A DNA stretch of 64,000 bases from Vicugna vicugna (lineage: Eukaryota), in NCBI GenBank assembly GCA_013265495.1, contig MU058198.1, forward strand, positions 5,223,779 through 5,287,778, in the 5' to 3' direction. The notes beneath the pieces were generated by a model. That model was given only the letters and a program-made list of their open reading frames with translations. It had not been told where the DNA came from and searched no databases. The first letter of the stretch is position 1. Every line of letters begins with the position of its first letter. Of the stretch, positions 11,880 to 23,864 are shown in pieces. Position numbers and translations under genes: made by a program.

Positions 11880-12434
11880 TGTGCAGAAAGGTTTAACTCA
11901 GCAGACACTGTGTCCCTAAGCCCTGCACATTCCCAGGACCTTCAGGACTGGTCCTTGGCCAGTTCTTGGGAGATGATCTGTGAATATCCTTTGAATATTC
12001 TGCCTGGTAAGAGCATCTTTGTATATCTGAGCTTTGAGCCATGCCAGGTTGTTTAAGTCAACAATGTGATGTATGGCAAATGATCATTTTTGTATGCCTG
12101 GGGCTTTGGGGCATACTGTATCAATTTGACATTGAGGTGGGGGTGCTCCTTCTATGTGACTGGCCCCTGATAAAAACCCTGGACACCAAGGCTTGGGCGA
12201 GCATCCTTGGTTGGCAACACTTCACACATGTTGTCACCTATCGTTGTTGGGAGCATTGGATGCTCTCCATATGGAGAACACAAATGAAAAGACCCGACGC
12301 TACATGTTTATTTCCTTTGTTGATTTTAATACGTATCTTTTCATTGTCGTAAACCATATATGTGAGTATAAAAGCATTTTGAGTTTTCTAGAGAATCCTG
12401 AAAACTGAGGGTGGCCTTGGGGACCTCCAATACA
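11880..12434 (+). mobile_element. MER21-like solo LTR
   Basis: Starts TGTGCAGAAAGGTTTAAC, has internal ATAAAAACCCTGGACACCAAGGCTTGGGCGAGC, ends CTGAGGGTGGCCTTGGGGACCTCCAATACA (TG...CA). Confidence 0.85.
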
Positions 12435-12974
12435 GGTGCTGGGTGCTTTATTTGTGACGTCTCATTTAATTGAATCTTCAGAGCCACTAAGAGATGAACT
12501 GATAGACTCCGAGGTTGTCTTCCAAGATGAAACAGCAGGGCAAGTTCACACCCCTAGTAAGTGTTCAGCCAGAGTTGGAACCCAGGATTCCCTGGGTTCA
12601 GAGAAATGATTGTGATTTGGGCTGGGAATTTCCAAATAGACTAAATCCATTTATGAGACAAGTGCAAGTCCAGACACTACTTACACCAATTTCTCTGGCC
12701 TGACTGTGTTTTATTTCTGTTAGAAGGACACGCTAGCTATGAGAAGGGGGCAGAGAGAAGTGGATAGAATATTAGAAATAAGGCAGCTTTCTTCCCCTTC
12801 ATCACCATCCACTGAATCATTGGTAAATTCCTTCAGGGAACTGAAGAAGGGGCACCTAGGAAGTAGGCCAGTGTAGCTAGAATCAAGAAATCAAAACCCA
12901 GTGAGTCTCAAGGAATTTCTCGCGGAGTTTTTTCTATATTTTTTATTAAAATATTTCTTCGGAGGAACAAAGCA

Positions 12975-13300
12975 TATTTGTGTGCACTGATATTGAAAGG
13001 TCTCCAAGATACACTGTTAGGAGAAAAAAGCAAGGTGAAGAATGATGTATGGTATGGCTTTTTGTGTAAAACTAAGCCAATATACATGCATATGTGTGCA
13101 CATATCCTTGGTATCTCTTATATTTTATAGATACGACAGATACGTGACCTATGTCACCTATGTATTTATAGCTCCCTCTCTGCATCTATGTATCTATCAA
13201 TATATGCCTGTGTGTATGTGTATATACATACATATTGCTATAGAATAATTTATGTATCTATACATACATATGTAGCTGTGGGTATACATATATATACATG
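12975..13300 (+). mobile_element. L1ME-type 3' fragment with (TA/TG)-rich tract
   Basis: TCTCCAAGATACACTGTTAGGAGAAAAAAGCAAGGTGAAGAATGATGTATGGTATG. Confidence 0.6.
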
Positions 13301-13302
13301 TA

Positions 13303-13573
13303 TCACTGACTCTTGAACAACCTGCATTTGAACTACATGGATCCACTTATGTGCAGATTCTTTTCACTAAATACACACTACAGCACAATATGATCCAAAG
13401 CTGGTTGAACCCGTGGCTGCAGAACTTTGGATATGGAAGGCTGACTGTACAGTTATACGTGGATATGGAAGCCTGACTGTACAGTTATACATGGATTTTC
13501 AATGCCTCACGGGGAGCAGGGTGGGAGTTGGCGCCCCCAACCGCTAACCACTGTGGTGTTCAAGGGTCAACTG
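13303..13573. mobile_element. MER8-like Tigger (TcMar) MITE with an internal 32-bp duplication
   Basis: Terminal inverted repeats CACTGACTCTTGAACA ... TGTTCAAGGGTCAACTG; body GGATCCACTTATGTGCAGATT. Confidence 0.85.
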
Positions 13574-13651
13574 TGTATTGTTTCCTGAAGGAGACAAAAG
13601 AACTGGGAGGTGTAAATTGCCTCTGGGAAGGGGAGCCGAGAAGTCAACGGT

Positions 13652-14094
13652 TGTATTAGTTTCCCACTGCTGCTGTAACAAATCATCCTTCACTCAGTGG
13701 TTTAAAACAGCACACTTTATCTTACAGTTCTGAGCGTCAGTAATCCTGAAATGGTGGGCAGGGCCACATTCCTTCTGGAAGCTCTAGCAAAGAACCTATT
13801 GCCTTGGCTCTTCTATCTTCAAGGGGCTGCCACGTCCCTTTGTTCACGGCGCTGAATCTCTCTACCTCTGTTTCTGTCATCACATCACTTTTCCTGACTC
13901 TGTCACTTTCCTTCTTCCCAATTAAAAGGACCCTTGGGATTACACTGGATGCATCTGGATAATCCAGGATAATCTTCCCATCTTAAAGTCCTGAGCTTAG
14001 TCACATGGTCAGAGTCCCACATAAGGTAACACATTCACAGGATGCAGGGAATAGGACGTGGACAGCTCCCGGGACCGTGATTCTGCCAACCACA
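13652..14094 (-). mobile_element. MLT1C/D MaLR solo LTR
   Basis: TGTATTAGTTTCC...GCTGCTGTAACAAATCA ... GGATAATCCAGGATAATCTTCCCATCT ... ATTCTGCCAACCACA. Confidence 0.9.
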
Positions 14095-16594
14095 AAGGGA
14101 GGTGGGGAATTCATTGTCACTGGAGGTAGTTAGACTTTTAAAATGCTCTGCCTTTTGTGTTCAAACTTTAAACTTATATTAATGTTTAATAGGACAATTC
14201 TTATATATGATTTTTTAAAATCAAAGATTATTTTTATACAGGTTACACTAAGTCTCCTTTCCATCCCCCATGTGTCCCAGCTCCTCCTCAGAAGCAGCCG
14301 CTGTACTTACTTCTTAGTTATCATTCTGCAGTTTTGAAGAAGAAGAAAAATGGCAGAAGTGAGGGAGATCCGGCTCTGGGTGGGACCAGTGGGCTGCTGT
14401 TAAGTCTCCTGCTTGGATTGGGACCTCCTTCTGCTTCTCTCTGGCAGCCTAACCATTTTTTACAAGTTAACCAAATAGATGTTTTTCCTGACTGCACGCC
14501 AAGCATCCTGTTAGATCCTGGGGTACGAGCCAGGTCGCGCCCTCACATGGCCTCAGACCCGGGGGCCAGGCAGGCAGTAACAGTGTGGTGATGGTTAATT
14601 GAAGGACACGTGGCCTGGGCAGGCACAGTTCCTCTGTGTCTCAGCCTCCTGCCCCTCCCTGCGCAGCGGGGCGCCGGAGGAGGGCTGGGGAAGGGGAGAT
14701 CTGCTTGGCTGCTAGCCTCAGGAAGGGACTACTGTGTATTTATGCCTAGGCTAGAGGTTCAAGAAAATCCTACGATCAACCGAAGCATGATTTCCCTGGG
14801 AACCAGAGGGGCGTGAGGCCGTCAGCCCATCTGATATAGGGACCTCCCTGGGCTTTTTCTAAGCAGCCCACAGCCATGAGGCAGGAAAACAGAGATGATG
14901 CATAGCTCTGTGGCTTTCTCTCCCTTCCTCTGGGGAACCTGGGCCCTGGCTGATTCATTTTAACATCTCCCATCAGGCTGAGGGCTTCTGAGGGTAGGAG
15001 GATTCCCCTAAGGCTGGGGAAGCTGGCTGTCAGGGGCAGTTACCCTTGGGCTGGGACCATGCGCTGGAATTTTCAGAGGCTGATTTTTTTCTTTTATCTG
15101 GTTGTAAATTTTGAATCTTTAAAAGCCCTAACTATTTCAGACACCCACACAAGCTGTAAGCCACAAAGGTCAGTAAATTTCAGGCTCCAAAGGAAAAAAG
15201 AAGGAAGAAAACAGAAGCAAACTCAGACAGACCGAGATGCTGACATCCAGGGACACATGCCCCCAAGGAACAGCAAAAGAGTCATCCCTGGGAGGCAAGA
15301 AAGTCCGAGGTATAGAGACAGATACATGCCTGAGATGATCAGGTCTCATCTGAAAAAGACGTAAGCAAGCTTCAGAGATCCAGGCACACAGAGGCTTGGA
15401 GACCTGCTACCTCTCAGGTGCTTTGAGGGACAGATAACCTGAGAGATGCAGTTCTTCTCTGGGACAGCCCTGGATGCCATCAGGATCCACTGCCACCATT
15501 CTTATTTCCAGACTGCAGATTCTCCTCTTGCTCATACCAGGAAAGACCTTTCCAGAATGGGGACCCCCTCCCCGACCACCGCCGCACTGATGCATCAGGC
15601 TTCCCCCTTGCAGATCCTAGCAGGAAAGCAGTTTCACTCTGACATGAGGACGTCACTGTGTGTACGAAAGAGATATCTGAACCCAGGGAGCAGAAGGCTG
15701 TCCATCAATTTTCATGGAACTGTGTCCATCCCCCAGTCACTTAGCAGAGGGAGGTGACTCTGGAACGATAACCATAGAAATATAAACTAGCAGAGGAAAA
15801 TCTGCATTTTGTGAAACCCTTTTGTTTTATAATTCAGCAAAGTCCAGAAAGGCGAGGTGCCTCCCCCAGCGTCACATATCCAGGGTGGGAAACCGACATC
15901 CTTGGCCATGTTTTAGGGCCTTGGAACAAAGGGAATTTTCCCCGTCTCCATTGAAATAGCGTTTTACTCTGCTGTGGGGGGAGAAAAGCTGGATCCCAGC
16001 TTTATCAAGCATTATGAAGCGAATTGGGAGCTATAAATGGCACTTTTACAGGTGATCATAATTACTCCCCTCTCTTTGATGGAGCACAAAGGGGGTTCCC
16101 CACGTAGCACTCCCACAAGATCTTGGCACAAAAGGGATGAAGAGAGTACAGCTTTGGTTCCTGGCTGGCGGTTAAAAGCTCTCATTTGGGAGTAGGATTT
16201 ATTAAATATTGTAATCAGTTCAATGTCGACTGTTGAAACATTTGCTTTAATGGGCTTGTTAAATTTAGATTACGTTCAAAAGAAAAAGAGAGTGAGAGAG
16301 AGAAAGAAGACATTTCCCTGTCTCTGAACTCTTGGGCTGCCACTTCATGATTGGGAACGTGTTAAAGAAACAGCTCCCAGCCGCGATAATTACCCCGATT
16401 GTGGGAGAACGAGGATGACATTTCCAGATGATTCAAGAGGGCATTTTGTTCTGTAAACACACTTTTCTGATCAGAGGCTGTTTTTACTTTGGAAGGAGCA
16501 ACGTGAACTCTTCTTCCTTCCTTCTTTTCTTCCTTCTTTTCTTTATATCCTGAATAAGATTTTAAATTGATTTTAATTATATGGGTAACATATT

Positions 16595-16840
16595 AATAGC
16601 TAACATTTATTGGTAGCTTACTATGGGATAAGCACCTTTCTAAGTATTTTGTTTGCATAAAATACTTTAAATGTCCTCAATGCCCTGTGAGGCAGATATT
16701 GTTATTATCCCATGTTACAGATGAGGAAAATGGGGCACAGAGAGGTTAGCCTATGTGCCTAAGGTCACACAGCTAGTAAGTGGCAAAGGCAGGATTCAAA
16801 TAGTCACATTTGGATAAGACAACGCCCCTAGTTAACTGCT
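16595..16840 (-). mobile_element. MIR SINE, near full length
   Basis: AATAGCTAACATTTATTG ... TTACAGATGAGGAAAATGGGGCACAGAGAGGTTAG ... AAGGTCACACAGCTAGTAAGTGGC. Confidence 0.9.
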
Positions 16841-17037
16841 TTGGTACCTGCACATATATTCATTCTCCCAGGAGGTTAATGCTTGTTCATATAAAGGTAA
16901 CGTCTCCTTTGATCAACAACCCAACCCCTGTTTCTTGTTCCCATACCCAAAGTTAGTGGTTACCATCAACTTGGGAAGTATCCATTACATGCACAAAAAT
17001 AAATAGAATCTCTCTGTGTCTTAATGTTATCATTCTT

Positions 17038-17178
17038 TTTTTAAATTAAAAATAATTTTTAATGGAAGTATAGTCAACTACAATGTGTCAGTATCTGGCA
17101 TACAGCACAATCTCCCAGTCATGCATATACATATGTATATTCATTTTCATACTCTTTTTCATTAAAGGTTAGATTCTG
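17038..17178 (-). mobile_element. Short 5'-truncated L1 3' end with a 10-bp TSD (TATCATTCTT)
   Basis: GAAGTATAGTCAACTACAATGTGTCAG...TCCCAGTCATGCATATAC; TATCATTCTT at 17028-17037 and 17179-17188. Confidence 0.85.
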
Positions 17179-17380
17179 TATCATTCTTGAACCTTTTATT
17201 TTTGCTCAGAAATATTCCATTTCGTAGCTCTATGCTATTTGATTGTATTTTATTTAGCTATTCCCCTCCTAATGGATGTCAAGTTGTTCCTAACTGTTCA
17301 GTAGAGTAAGTAGTGCTACAGGATGTATGCAGTGTATCTCTAGGGCAGATGGCAATCATGGAGTCATTTAGATCATGTTT

Positions 17381-17542
17381 CTTTTTAAATATATTTCTTT
17401 TTTAGTTTTTTTGGGGGGAGTAATTAGATTTATCTATTCAATTATTTCTTTATGAAGGTCCTGGGGATTGAACCTAGGACCTCGTGCCTGCTAAGAATGC
17501 CCTCTACCACTGAGCTATACCCTCCACCCTCCACCCACCCCT
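17381..17542 (-). mobile_element. tRNA-derived camelid SINE (Vic-1-like) with TSD ATCATGTTT
   Basis: Reverse complement reads GGGTATAGCTCAGTGGTAGAG (A box) ... GGTTCAATCCCCAG (B box) plus an A-rich tail; TSD at 17372-17380 and 17543-17551. Confidence 0.9.
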
Positions 17543-18489
17543 ATCATGTTTGGTTTTAACAGATACTGCCAACCTTCCTTACAGCAGTATTTGAAAGTCA
17601 CTGTTTCTTGATCGCCTCACCACCATTTTTCGTAATTAAATGTTAAAAAGAAAAAGTGCTTGCCAACCTCTGGGTAAAAATATGAGTGCATCTCCCTAAA
17701 CTGCTCCAACAGTTACCCACCTCAATCGTGTTGCCTTGTGCCCCAGCAGTCTTCATTTCCACCCAGCCGAGCCTACTGAAAGCCAAGTCTAGCTTTTTTT
17801 TTTTTTTTTTGTCTTCTTTCGGTTCTCAGGAAAATGTAGCAAAAATGGGATGCCAAGCCTTCTTCTCTATGGTGAGGCCTAGAAATCAGGAGGCAAGGTG
17901 TAGCTGCTGAGATTTGCAGGATCTGGGGCTCCCTTCCCCCAAGATGAAAGCTACGTGCTTATTTAGAAGCCAAATCAAAACCTTTGTCTCTGGTTTATTC
18001 AATCATTCCAATATCCAGTCCTTAAATCAACAATGACTAAGGAGAGATTTCTATATGTAGGCACCTTTGAGGGTACTGGGGGCCCAAGGATGTGATGAAT
18101 GCTGTCCCCATCCACACAGGGCTTCATATATCTGTGATGGCCCAGTTTACAGGCTCAGCTGTCCACATTGGCCTTTGCTATTTTATATTAACTATTGCCC
18201 ACCTACTTCCCCAGAACTTCACCTTGAATTCTAGATCATATGTTGGGGCCCTGCTGCTTTGCAAAGCACCGAGTTCCCAGGTCTAAAGCTTGGCTACTGT
18301 CTCTCCCCTTCATATCTGCTGTGAGAATTCTCCAGGATATATGAGAATATTTGGGGAAAACTCAAGTGTGGATTAACTATCTTTGTGCCAAGCCTGTTTA
18401 AATAATTCAGGATAGATGGGTCCTAAACCCCGAAATAAAATATACATCCTTTCTATTAGAAGACAATTCTTTTAAAAAAAAATCTCTTT

Positions 18490-18695
18490 ATTGAGGAAAT
18501 CTTGTCATTTGCAACAATATGAATTAATTTGGAGGACATTATGTTAAGTGAAATAAGCCAGACACAGAAGGACAAATACTATATGGTACCACTTAATATG
18601 ATAAATATAAAATAGACTCATAGGAGCAGAGAGGAAAATGGTGGTTGCCAGGAGCTGGGTAGAGGGAGAAATGGGGAGATATTAGTCAAAGAAGT
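18490..18695 (+). mobile_element. L1MA-type ORF2 end and 3' UTR fragment
   Basis: GGAAATCTTGTCATTTGCAACAATATGAATTAATTTGGAGGACATTATGTTAAGTGAAATAAGCCAGACACAGAAGGACAAATAC. Confidence 0.85.
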
Positions 18696-18699
18696 CAAG

Positions 18700-19139
18700 T
18701 CTTCATGAGTTTCTTGCCTTTCTGAATATCTTGAGAGCGAAGGGACTGACTTTGTTCTGGGCCATCTTTTCAAAGATGCTTGTGACCAGCCTTGGAAGAT
18801 AGCGAGAGTGTCTCCCTCTAGAGGAGAGAACAGGTTTGCTTTCAGCAGGCATGCCTACTGCTTGTTATAAAAGAGTCAGACTCCCTAAGCTCAGGGCTCC
18901 TTGCCTGCAATGCATCCACTGCGTGTGCAAATGTCATCTTGTTCTCTTTGCATCTCCTGTGGAAATTTGGGCTCAGGGAACCATCATGTATGCTGATGTT
19001 CCGGCTACTGGTATCGCTATGAGTAATAAACTTTTCTTCATCTCTAGCCAAAGTGTCTTTGTTTTCTACCAGTATCCATGAAACCACAGCAGCCTAAATT
19101 GTTAGCTTGCAAATAGGGAAATATCTTAGGTATTTCACA
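18700..19139 (+). mobile_element. MER90-like ERV1 solo LTR
   Basis: TATA (TTATAAAAG), GAGTAATAAAC polyA signal, terminus TTGTTAGCTTGCAAATAGGGAAATATCTTAGGTATTTCACA. Confidence 0.75.
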
Positions 19140-19720
19140 TTTATTTATACATTTGTTTATCCATTCAGTAAAATAATTGTTGAGTATCTGCTATGTGTCA
19201 GATGCTAGGGATACAGAGATGAACCAGATAATCAGGACCTTGCTTTCATACAGCTTCAATCTAGTGAAGAAAGGATGTAAAATAAAAGACTTCATAGGTC
19301 ATGAAATGTGCTAGGAAGGGGATACACAAAGTGCAATATTGAACACTAACAAGTGTACTAGGATAAGGTGGTGAGAGAATTCTTGTCTATAGAGTTGACC
19401 ACATAGGTGAGAAGTGAGAGATGAGGTGGTGCCAGTCATTCAAATACTCAAGGAAACCCAAGTAGAAAGGCATTGAGGTAGGACAGAGATGCATGCCTTC
19501 CATGAGCTGACAGGTGACCAGAGTGACCACCGTGAGGATGGCAAGAGAGAAAAAGACATGATGTGAAGTCAGAGAAGTAGCAGAAAGAGCAGAAAATACA
19601 AGCCCTTGAGGTCACAGTATGGAGGTTATATTTTATTCAAAGTGAAAATGAAAATCACGGAAGAGTTAGACTAGCATGGAGTAGGGAGGGGTTGGATCTA
19701 ACTTATATCTTATAACAGTT
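19140..19720 (-). mobile_element. L2 3' region
   Basis: TTGAGTATCTGCTATGTGTCAGATGCTAGGGATACAGAGATGAAC ... ATGTGAAGTCAGAGAAGTAG. Confidence 0.75.
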
Positions 19721-20529
19721 TCGGTGTCAGCCAGGTAAAGAAAGGAATAAGAGTGCTTCTTCCAGGACATGGTGTCTGGATTACCCATTGCCTTCTCTGG
19801 ACCTGATCTCAACTTCCCCTTATCCCATCCTCCTGCCCCGTGATTGCATCTCTGACCGATTTCCACTCACTCTCTCATTATTTATTCTCACTGCTCCTAT
19901 GTTGCTGAGCAACTCATAGTGCCTCTTGCCTCAGTGCACAGGGGACAATGGTTTTTCAGATGAGGGCTTAAGAAGGGCAAAGAGTGAATCCAAAACCAGA
20001 GATGTGGGCAAACCTTCAGAATGGGCCATTGTTCAGTTGGGAACAGAAAAGTATTTGCAACGGGCAGGAAGAGAAAATATACCTTTTGTCAAGGAGTCAT
20101 CACAAGACTATCCATGAAAACACTAGCCCAAAGCATTAACATCGACATCACAGACATATTTCACAGAACAAGACAGTGGGACATACTGAATACAGAATGG
20201 GACACACTGAATGTCTATCAAGAAAAGAAATGGCAGCTAAACAGCAGCACATGCATATTATTATGGGACATTCTGCAACTAAAGGAGAACTTGCAAAGAA
20301 ACACATTTTGTATGATCTTTTTAAAGCAAAAGCTGATGATTTTCAAAGTAACTATGCGTTTATATGTCTGCATTCATATACTCAAGGACACTGGGGTGGA
20401 AGATCACCTTAAATGCTGTTGGGAATGCGGTCCTCAACTCTAGCTGAATATTAGAATCAACTGGGGGAAATTTCCCCCATAGCAACCATGAAGTTTAATT
20501 AAATATTTTAAGTGAACTGAGGAATTGCA

Positions 20530-22250
20530 TATTTTAAATGAACTTTTAATTCTGGGATACTTTTAGATTGTACAGAAAGCTTTCTGCAAAGATAGTATGG
20601 ACTATCCTGTGTCTCCTTCATGGTTTTCCTTATTGTTCATGTCTTGAATAACGGCAGTATATTTGTCAAAGCTAAGGAATCAACATTAGTCCATTAGTAT
20701 TAACTAACTCCAGACTTTATTTGTATTTTACCAGTTTTTTTTTTCCACTAATGTCCTTTGGCTGTTCCAGGATCCAATTCAGGACACCACGTTGCTCTTA
20801 GTCATTATGGCTCCTTTGTCTTCTCTGATCTATGTCTGTTTCTCAGTCTTTCTTTATTTCTCCTGATCTTGACAGTTTTGAAGAATTCTGGTCAGGTATT
20901 TTTTTGGATGTCCTTCCATTTGGGTTTGGTGTTTTTCTACGATTAGAATGAGGCTATGGACTTTGGGGAATAATGTCAGAGGTGATGTGTTGTGTCCCCC
21001 CAACCCGCATCATCTTAGGAGCATATGCCACCAATGGTCACTGGTGATGGTAACTTTGATCACTTGGTTAAGGTGGTGTCGACCAGGGCCCTCCACTGCT
21101 AAGTTTCTATTTTTCACTTTTTATACTCCATTTCTTGAGAGCGAGTCACTAAGTCTACCCTCAGTTAGATGAGGGGAGATTTAAATTCCACCTCCTGGAT
21201 CAGTGGAAACACATATCTTTGGAATTACTCTGTGAGGAGGATTTGCCTCTTCGCTCCCATTTATTTGTAGACTCCATCACTTATTTGTATCAATATGGAC
21301 TTGTGTGTATTTGTTTTATACTTTAGGTTATAATATAATGCCATATTAATGTGTTCCTCAAATTGTTCTAGCCCTGGCCCCTGGAAGTTCTTTCAGGTTG
21401 GCTTGTGTGTCCCTTTGGCGTGTCCCTATCCTTGTTTTCTGAGCACCTCCTTACTTCCTGGAACTATGAGGTATTACAATCTCACCTTGTATATTCCTGT
21501 CCCAAACTTAGAATCAGTCGCTTCTCTAAGAAGGACGATGTTTAGAAACAAAGGTCTGGGCAGGATCGTCTCATTGTAACAGAGGTGTCACTGTTTCTGG
21601 GGCCTCTAAGCAGACAGAAGTAGGACATATATATATACAACCCAGGTATACACATATATCCATAATCAATATAATCATGTATCTATAATCGTATAATCAT
21701 ATGTACACATATATTTATAATCATATAATCATATATACATATATCTATAATCATATGTAATAATCATATATGTACATATATCTATAATCATATATAATCA
21801 TATATAGTCCCTGATTGAGAATCACTGCTTTAGTGGGAATAAACATTGCTGTCCTTCTTAATAACTGATAAAATGTTACCAGTTATACAAGGTATATATA
21901 ATAATTATGTGCAGTATATAATTATATATATATGTATAATTTTAAAAAAATTAAATCCAAATTCATACTAATGTTTGACTCTAGTCAAATACCTCAGGGT
22001 TCATCCTTCCCTTTCTTTCTTGCTTATTTATAATTTCTTTCACTGATAGTGAGCAATCTGGCTCCCATTATCTCCCATTCATGTGCTTATTTGTTCAACT
22101 CTAGTGTAGATGAAAGTACTTTGACAACTGGTAACCAGATCCCTGTGAAAGACAAACTTACAAAACAGAGTTCAGTGTTCATGTAAATTTCTTCTTGTAG
22201 TTAGCCTTACAGTTTCTGGTCAAAATACCATTTTCCAAAGTTACTAACAA
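20530..22250 (-). mobile_element. L1MC/L1MD-type 3' region, interrupted by a TA-rich tract
   Basis: TTTTAGATTGTACAGAAAG...GCAAAGATAGTA and CCACTAATGTCCTTTGGCTGTTCCAGGATCCAATTCAGGACACCAC. Confidence 0.8.
21626..21940. repeat. TA-rich compound micro/minisatellite (TATAATCATA-type units) containing a ~70-bp foreign segment
   Basis: Reiterated TATAATCATAT units seen directly. Confidence 0.85.
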
Positions 22251-22529
22251 CTACATTCATTTTTCAGCTCCTGGAAGGCTCCTGATGCCTGTGGCTTAAT
22301 CCAGACCACTCCAGTATCCTTGGGGGTGGATTTCTGGCATTACGTTTTTAATAGATCCTCATATGGTTCTAATATATAGCAAGTGTTAAGAATCATTGAT
22401 TCAGAAATTGAAAACAAAGAGAGATTTAAGTGTTTCTTCATGTTCTTTCTTTGCTAGTTAATAAGAATATAAACCCTTTTTGTAATTTAAAACAAAATAA
22501 GAAAACATCTTTTTAAAAATAAGATGAGT

Positions 22530-22760
22530 ATAGCAGTCACAGAAATCAGGCTCTATACCTGATACTTCCTGTTAATAGCTGTGTGACACCAGGAAAGTCA
22601 TTGAAACATTCTGAGCCTCAGTCTCCTTATCTTTAGAGTCAGTCTAATGGCATTTATCTTACCTTCCTTAACAAGGCTGCACCACAGACCAGCTGAGACT
22701 ATGTATGTGAACACATTTTGATGACCTTAAAGATCCAGTCAAATGGAAGGAATTGTTATT
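22530..22760 (+). mobile_element. MIR SINE
   Basis: TAGCTGTGTGACACCAGGAAAGTCATT...TCTGAGCCTCAGTCTCCTTATCT. Confidence 0.7.
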
Positions 22761-23212
22761 TCTAAGTCATCAACTGATGAGTTGTTTTTGAGATCCTTGA
22801 GAGCTAAAGGTTACTTTGTTACCTGCACGACTGGTGCAGTCATTACACACACCAATTAGCCTCATGGATTTGGGGGGGATTGGCCAAGAGAGAAGAACGG
22901 AACGGGTAAAGACAAAAGACACAAACCATGAAAGATAGCCAACCAAAAGCATAAGAATCAGAGAAAGCAGCTAGTATCCTGATTTGCCTTGGTTTCTGGA
23001 GAGCTTTCTCGGTCTATTTACAGTCAACACACCTCGCTACATGACAAAGCTACTAAATATTTAATATTATTTTCAGCAATCTCTAATAGTGCACTGGGAT
23101 TCTCTAATTTGGTAGAAAGTGATAACAAATTTGGATATTGAACCTCTCCTATGCTGATTCAACCGTGATTAGTCTAGGTGAAAGATTGCAAACATAATCA
23201 GACCTCTATCTA

Positions 23213-23431
23213 CTGAGGGTTCTCAAACTCTGCACTCTTGTAATTTGGGGCTAAATAGCTCTGTGTTTGAAGGCTTTCATGCACAGGATAGAATATTTAG
23301 CAACATTCTTAGCAGCCCTCATCCACTACATGCCAGCAGCACTCCCCCACCCCTACGTGACAGCCCACAATGTCTCCAGATATTGTCAAATGTCTCTTAG
23401 GGGCAGAACAGCCCTTGACTGAGAACAACTG
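23213..23431. mobile_element. MER20 hAT MITE
   Basis: GGTTCTCAAAC ... CACAATGTCTCCAGATATTGTCAAATGTCTCTTAGGGGCAGAA ... TGAGAACAACTG. Confidence 0.88.
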
Positions 23432-23864
23432 CTCTAGTGGGAATGAACTTTGTTGTCCTTAATAACTGATAACATGTTACATGCTAGCTTTATTATTTGA
23501 AAAAATTCTAATTAATCTTTTAAAAAAATACCAAAAATTTGTATTCCTTACAGTCACTGGATGACCACGAAAGTGTCTGACAATGAGGTCAGGTGAGGAG
23601 ATACAGTTCTAGGGAGAGTGCTCTGAACTTTACAAATATTCCAATGATGAGTAAAGGAAATCATCTCTTATTACATAAGACAGCTACCTTCACAAACCAC
23701 ACACTTGTTTGCCTCCCAATGCCTTATTAAGTGGTGAAAAATATCCAACAGGGGGTGGACTTTTCTGTTAACATACCAGCTTTTATGTATATTTGAGGTT
23801 TCAGGTCAGTTTCCATATTCTTGCAGAGTACACCTGAGTCACCTTCTAAATACTAACAACTTCA

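Noticed and set aside
17455..17525. tRNA-like sequence (also 39780-39850)
   Set aside because: SINE heads with A-rich tails and TSDs, not tRNA genes.
21626..21940. Repeat-spacer-like appearance (CRISPR-like)
   Set aside because: Low-complexity TA microsatellite in mammalian DNA; no constant repeat with unique spacers and no cas genes.
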